A stretch of DNA of 64,000 nucleotides from Clostridiales bacterium UBA5448. Lineage in GTDB: Bacteria; Bacillota; Clostridia; Oscillospirales; SIG627. Below are positions 59,376 through 64,000 of this stretch, one piece after another. How positions within the stretch are numbered: position 1 is the first letter of the stretch; each line of letters opens with the position of its first letter. Below the pieces are notes generated by a model, which saw nothing but the letters and a program-made list of their open reading frames with translations, was not told the origin of the DNA and did no database searches. The stretch covers positions 6,790-70,789 of the forward strand of contig DIRA01000027.1 of NCBI GenBank assembly GCA_002427425.1, read 5' to 3'. The translations under genes were made by a program, and so were the position numbers.

Positions 59376-61042
59376 CAGTATAACCCCATGATATGACCGT
59401 CATCATCGATATCAATCCCTTCAGCGGCAGGTACTTTGGGAAGCCCCGGCATGGTCATGATTTTGCCTGTGAGAACCACGGCAAAGCCGGCACCGCAGGA
59501 CAGGGTGATATCCCGCACCGTCAAGGTGAAACCCGTTGGACGACCCAAAAGGGCAGGGTTGTCCGAAAGAGAATATTGCGTTTTAGCCATGCACACGGGA
59601 AGATCATTGAATCCAAGAGAATCGATTTCCGACAACGCTTTCTGTGCGGCGGTTTCAAAGATTACATTGCTTGCTCCATAAATGGTTTGCGCCAAAAGAA
59701 GAATTTTTTCTTTGATCGGTAGGGAAAGATCATAAATAGGATGGAAGTCATTGGGTTGATCACAGGCCGCCACCACGGCGTTTGCCAAATCCAGGGCGCC
59801 CGCGCCGCCTTCGGTAAAGGCATTGCATCGTTTTGCCGGCACGCCTAAAGATGCACAAACATCCGAAATGACTTTGATTTCCTCGGGGGTGTCAGTATGA
59901 AAATGGTTGATGGCAACCACGATATTAACGCCAAATTTTTTGAGATTTTCAATATGGGCCACCAAGTTGCAGCTGCCTGCTTTGACCGCTTGTACATGAG
60001 GGGAAGACAAAGCGGCTTTGGTAACGCCGCCACCGGATTTCAAGGCTCTTACAGTGGTAACCAATACCACAGCAGAGGGGGTCAATCCGCCCAAGCGGCA
60101 TTTGATATCCATGAACTTCTCCGCGCCCAAATCAGCACCAAAGCCGGCTTCGGTCACCACATAATCCGCCAATTTCAATGCCAGTTTGGTGGCACGCAGT
60201 GAGTTGCATCCGTGGGCAATGTTGGCAAAAGGACCGCCATGGATCACGCAAGGGGTGTTTTCTAGAGTTTGCACCAGGTTGGGGTTGATGGCGTCTTTTA
60301 ATAAAGCGGCCATGGCGCCTTGGGCTTTCAAATCCCGGCAATATACAGGGGTGCCGTCATACCGATATGCCACCAGAATACGGGAAAGCCTTTCTTTTAA
60401 ATCGGGTAAATCGGAAGAAAGACACAAAATTGCCATGACTTCGCTTGCCACGGTGATCTGATAATGGTCTTCTCTGACCACGCCGTCCACCCGTTCGCCC
60501 ATACCCACTATGACATTGCGAAGAGCGCGGTCGTTCATATCCACGACCCGCTTGATCATGATTCGTTTGGGATCAATTTGGAGGGCGTTGGATTGATAAA
60601 TATGGTTGTCGATCATCGCGCAAAGAAGGTTGTTGGCGGCACCGATGGCATGCATATCCCCTGTGAAATGGAGGTTGATATCATCCATGGGAACCACCTG
60701 GGAATAACCACCGCCGGCCGCGCCGCCTTTGATCCCGAAAACAGGCCCCAGAGAGGGTTCGCGGAGAGCCAGCATACCTTTTTTTCCCATCTTGCTCAAA
60801 GCCTGTGCCAAACCCACCGAAACGGTGGTTTTGCCTTCCCCGGCGGGAGTGGGATTGATGGCGGTAACCAAGATCAGTTTACCGTCCTGTTCGTTTTGCA
60901 CCCGTTGCATACAAGACTCCCTGATTTTGGCTTTATAATGTCCGTACAGTTCCAATTCATCGGGCTGAATACCGGCGGAAAACGCAATTTTGGCTATAGG
61001 CAACATATGAGTACGGGACGCAATTTCAACATCTGACAACAT
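59375..61042 (-). CDS. fhs: Formate--tetrahydrofolate ligase
   Basis: SDVEIA..., [11 protein letters not shown]-loop, 555 aa. TGATG overlap with tsaE. Confidence 0.93.
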   Translation of the reverse strand: MLSDVEIASRTHMLPIAKIAFSAGIQPDELELYGHYKAKIRESCMQRVQNEQDGKLILVTAINPTPAGEGKTTVSVGLAQALSKMGKKGMLALREPSLGPVFGIKGGAAGGGYSQVVPMDDINLHFTGDMHAIGAANNLLCAMIDNHIYQSNALQIDPKRIMIKRVVDMNDRALRNVIVGMGERVDGVVREDHYQITVASEVMAILCLSSDLPDLKERLSRILVAYRYDGTPVYCRDLKAQGAMAALLKDAINPNLVQTLENTPCVIHGGPFANIAHGCNSLRATKLALKLADYVVTEAGFGADLGAEKFMDIKCRLGGLTPSAVVLVTTVRALKSGGGVTKAALSSPHVQAVKAGSCNLVAHIENLKKFGVNIVVAINHFHTDTPEEIKVISDVCASLGVPAKRCNAFTEGGAGALDLANAVVAACDQPNDFHPIYDLSLPIKEKILLLAQTIYGASNVIFETAAQKALSEIDSLGFNDLPVCMAKTQYSLSDNPALLGRPTGFTLTVRDITLSCGAGFAVVLTGKIMTMPGLPKVPAAEGIDIDDDGHIMGLY

Positions 61043-61244
61043 ATGTGTTCGTCCTTTCCATGTGTTTTTATAAATTATCTTAATTATATCATGATTTTAT
61101 AGTGAAAGCAAGAAAAAATTGACAAATATCAAAATGGTTAATTCCATGTGATGTTACTATAGTTTGCTTTTTTTAGCTTTTTAGTCCCCAGGCACCTTGA
61201 ATAGGAGAGAAAGGTAAAACATACTGACAAATCATTGAATTCTA

Positions 61245-61273
61245 TTGACAAGAGGGGGGGATAAAAGTATACT
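61245..61273 (+). promoter_or_regulatory. Sigma-A type promoter candidate for the aminotransferase gene
   Basis: TTGACA (61245-61250), 17 nt, TATACT (61268-61273). Confidence 0.55.
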
Positions 61274-61318
61274 GAAAGCAGTCAATTCCTCGATAATCTT
61301 ACAAAAGGAGATAGTATC

Positions 61319-62635
61319 ATGACAAAAAAGAAATCATCAGATTTTCGTTACAACACGGGTGAAACCAAGGTTCCTTGGGCGGCTGTCGGAGAAAATTACA
61401 ATGCAAAGGATTTGAAGCAGGTCGTTCGATTTTTGATGCAGGGCGAAGGCGATGCATACCAGGCAGCCATGTCTGCTGTGGACCAAAGCATCGATGCTCT
61501 TGGAAAAATTGCGACTCCCCCCGGAAAACTTTCTCTGGGTTCCCATGTGGAAGCCTGTGAAAGAGAAGTCAATGCATACCTGGGAACAGATTCAGCGTTG
61601 TTTGTGACCAACGCCACCGCCGGCTTTGAAATTGCTTATAAATATGCCAATTTGCAGGTCGGAGATGAGGTCATCGTTCCTGCCATTACCTTTGTCGCCA
61701 CCATGGCGTATCCCGTTTCTATCGGTGCCAAATTGGTGTTTGCCGACCTGGATCCTTTGACCTTAAACATGGATCCCAAAGATGTGGAAAAGAAAATTAC
61801 ATCCAAAACCAAAATGATCGTGCCTGTTCACCTTGGCGGTTATCCCGTGGATATGGATCCCATTATGGAGTTGGCCAAGAAACACGATCTGGTGGTGCTG
61901 GAAGATGCGGCCCACGCGTTCGGCACTTCCTATAAGGGCAGAAAAATCGGTACCATTGCGGATTTCACCGCGTTTTCTCTTCACGAAGTAAAAAACTGCA
62001 CTTCTTTCGGTGAAGGCGGCATTTTAACCACCAACGTGGATGCTTTCAAAGGGGAAATGAGCCGTGCCCGATTCTTAGGTTTGGATTTTTCCGGCAAAAT
62101 CAAAGATTGGTTATATGACATTACAGCCATCCAGGGCAAATACGGTCCGTTTGTGGCCTCTAACAATGCTTCTACCACCGAACTGCAGGCCATCGGATTG
62201 TCTTGCCAGTTAAAACGCTATGACAAGATTTTGGCGGAACGCCGCGGTGCCGCGGAATATTTGAATCGTCGGTTCGCAGGAAACGATGCCATTCTTTCCC
62301 AGCCCCTCGGCGACAAAGAAACACTCCCTTCCTTCCACCTCTATCTGCTTCAGATCGATCCTGCCAAAGCGGGCGGCGATGTGCAAATCTTGAAGAAGAA
62401 ACTGGAAGAAAAAGGCGTTACCAACATTCCTCATTTTGGTCCTTTGTATCGCTTTGACGTTCTCAGACAATTGGGTTACAACGAAGACGAAATTGCCAAG
62501 TCCTGTCCCGTATGTGAAGAAGTGTTCTACAAACGCTTCACCCATTTGCCCGTGTATGGGTTGACGGAAGAACAGTTGGTGTATATGGCCGATGCGGTTC
62601 TGGAATCTGTGAAGGAAATGCAAGCAGGCAAATAA
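61319..62635 (+). CDS. DegT/DnrJ/EryC1/StrS-family PLP-dependent aminotransferase
   Basis: VIVPAITFVAT, EDAAHAFG and FSLHEVKNCTSFGEGG (PLP-lysine context). Confidence 0.8.
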   Translation: MTKKKSSDFRYNTGETKVPWAAVGENYNAKDLKQVVRFLMQGEGDAYQAAMSAVDQSIDALGKIATPPGKLSLGSHVEACEREVNAYLGTDSALFVTNATAGFEIAYKYANLQVGDEVIVPAITFVATMAYPVSIGAKLVFADLDPLTLNMDPKDVEKKITSKTKMIVPVHLGGYPVDMDPIMELAKKHDLVVLEDAAHAFGTSYKGRKIGTIADFTAFSLHEVKNCTSFGEGGILTTNVDAFKGEMSRARFLGLDFSGKIKDWLYDITAIQGKYGPFVASNNASTTELQAIGLSCQLKRYDKILAERRGAAEYLNRRFAGNDAILSQPLGDKETLPSFHLYLLQIDPAKAGGDVQILKKKLEEKGVTNIPHFGPLYRFDVLRQLGYNEDEIAKSCPVCEEVFYKRFTHLPVYGLTEEQLVYMADAVLESVKEMQAGK

Positions 62636-62642
62636 AAACAAT

Positions 62643-62671
62643 AAAAAGAGAGGCGTTCAGCCTCTCTTTTT
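62643..62671. terminator. Bidirectional terminator
   Basis: agagaggc-gttca-gcctctct flanked by A- and T-runs. It overlaps the stop codon of the PAP2 gene. Confidence 0.75.
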
Positions 62672-63568
62672 ACATATTTTATCGCCAAAGCTTCTGTAAA
62701 ATGAGAATGTTTTCGGATAGACGAACCCGCCTATGACAGTGGCTACAAAATAGCGTAGGCAAGCGGCGGAAGGATGATAGTCCAAAAGGGGATAAAATAC
62801 CCACTTACCCAGCTTCAAGACGCCGAACACCAACCCAAGTCCCACCATGAGTTTGATCACCTGCATGAAGAAGGGGGCTGCAATGTCATAATGTAAAAAC
62901 TTTTTGTCCCCGTGCCGGACGGAAAGAAGCCCCGAAGCAACACCCAAAAGCATCCAGATATTATTCACTTCATCACCCTCCTGACCGCTGCCTGTCAGCC
63001 AAAGCAAAATTGCAATAGGAAACAGAAGGGTGAACGCGTCTAAAAAATAATAAGCGGCGGGTTTTTTTTGTGCAAGACGAACGATCCGAAGCACCAATGC
63101 CAATTGCAAAACACCCAATATCATGGCGGTTATGACGTCTAAGGGCGTATGAACACCCAAATACATACGGGAAAAAGCAATCAGCAGAATCATAAGAACG
63201 CAGACGGTTTTTGCGTACTTATTTTTAAAATATACAAACAATCCGCTGTACAACACCGTTGCGTTTTGGGTATGGCCGCTGGGGAAAGAGAACCCCCCGG
63301 CAGTAGCACGGGCTGCTTCCACAATGGTGAAAAATTCATCCTTTACCCAGGGGCGTTCCACCTGAAACCATGCTTTTAACAAAAGATTGAGAGCCATACC
63401 GAAGAGTCCGGCATACAGCATGGTATATCCGTGCTTTTTATCCATACACCAAAGTATGGCTAAAAACAAGCAAATGGTTACGATTTCATGCCCGCAATAA
63501 GTAATGATTAAAAAAAGGGCATTTATGAAAGGCGTTCGCATACCCTCAAAATAATAGAGAACACTCAT
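62657..63568 (-). CDS. PAP2-family membrane phosphatase
   Basis: KxxxxxxRP-like region, SFPSGHT and SRMYLGVHTPLDV, with multiple TM helices. Confidence 0.8.
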   Translation of the reverse strand: MSVLYYFEGMRTPFINALFLIITYCGHEIVTICLFLAILWCMDKKHGYTMLYAGLFGMALNLLLKAWFQVERPWVKDEFFTIVEAARATAGGFSFPSGHTQNATVLYSGLFVYFKNKYAKTVCVLMILLIAFSRMYLGVHTPLDVITAMILGVLQLALVLRIVRLAQKKPAAYYFLDAFTLLFPIAILLWLTGSGQEGDEVNNIWMLLGVASGLLSVRHGDKKFLHYDIAAPFFMQVIKLMVGLGLVFGVLKLGKWVFYPLLDYHPSAACLRYFVATVIGGFVYPKTFSFYRSFGDKICKKRG

Positions 63569-64000
63569 TGAGACAACTCAACAAGGTTGGTTTCTGAAAA
63601 TAAACACAGCACGGCATCGGGGTTAATTTCGTTGATATAGTCTTGCACGGAAAAATTTTCTGGCAAATATCGTAAATCTAAAACGTGGGTTTCAGCCACG
63701 GCAACAGAGAGGAAAGGTGTTACGCCACAAGCAAAGGAATCCCGCAAGATCAGAAGTTTGGTGTCGTTGGTGGCGCGGTTGTTTTTAACGATTTGCTTGG
63801 GAAAATCTCCGCCGGTATAAGCAGCGTAGCATTTTTTTCTATTCATTTCTTCTGACGTGGGATATTCGCCTCTGTACTGTAAATTTTTTTGAACGATGAT
63901 GGAATTTAAAAAATCACCGGTTACATGGGTCGTTTTATCCTTGACGTAATGGGTTTCCACCGAAAGATTGGTAATAAAATTGGGATAAATCAAGGTGATA
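63565..64000 (-). CDS. C-terminal part of a DHHW-family / AlgX-like SGNH-fold protein (N-terminus beyond the window edge)
   Basis: The frame is open to the window end. LLILRDSFACGVTPFL...VLDLRY resembles the C-terminal region of DHHW-family proteins. 4-nt overlap with the PAP2 gene. Confidence 0.35.
   Translation of the reverse strand, partial: ITLIYPNFITNLSVETHYVKDKTTHVTGDFLNSIIVQKNLQYRGEYPTSEEMNRKKCYAAYTGGDFPKQIVKNNRATNDTKLLILRDSFACGVTPFLSVAVAETHVLDLRYLPENFSVQDYINEINPDAVLCLFSETNLVELSQ

Overview
This 64-kb window looks like chromosomal DNA from a Bacillota (Clostridia-like) organism of mid GC content. This is judged from gene content, GGAGG-type ribosome-binding sites and rho-independent terminators. 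All calls come from reading the translated ORFs and the DNA by eye. No database search was run, so family assignments are motif-level recognitions. Most of the window is housekeeping or glycan and sugar catabolism. It holds an amino-acid ABC transporter. A CssRS-like two-component system sits next to an unusual PfkB-like/TM/HtrA fusion protease. Also present are ychF, an NfeD-SPFH pair, two tandem GH20 hexosaminidase paralogs, an Fsa/TalC-type aldolase, a 1024-aa glycosidase, feoAB, two PHP phosphoesterases and a HAD phosphatase. An AraC-controlled operon encodes an oxidoreductase, an enolase-superfamily protein, a GH36-like protein, a 2-hydroxyacid dehydrogenase and a GNAT. Further genes are a LacZ-like GH2, a MATE pump with a leader uORF, metF, a MacB/FtsX-type ABC exporter, a small cohesin+dockerin protein, asnA, a third GH20-like gene with a truncated paralog fragment, tsaB-tsaE-fhs, a DegT aminotransferase and a PAP2 phosphatase. 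The stand-out region is an island of about 10 kb (about 38.4-48.6 kb) between metF and the ABC exporter. A near-consensus promoter there drives a small acidic protein and a sigma-70-region-4-like regulator. That operon ends in three perfect 23-bp tandem repeats (six phased TGRAAACCAT motifs) and a terminator. A large GT-C-like membrane protein lies on the opposite strand. A tightly packed, fully intact podovirus-like virion module follows: portal, scaffold, HK97-fold capsid, two small proteins, a nozzle-like 585-aa protein, a glycine-rich tail fibre and a coiled-coil protein. No terminase, integrase, replication or lysis gene is visible in the window. It may be a recently decayed prophage, or a domesticated or helper-dependent particle system (GTA-like or satellite-like). 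The sequence alone cannot decide between these. No rRNA, tRNA, CRISPR array or transposase was recognised.
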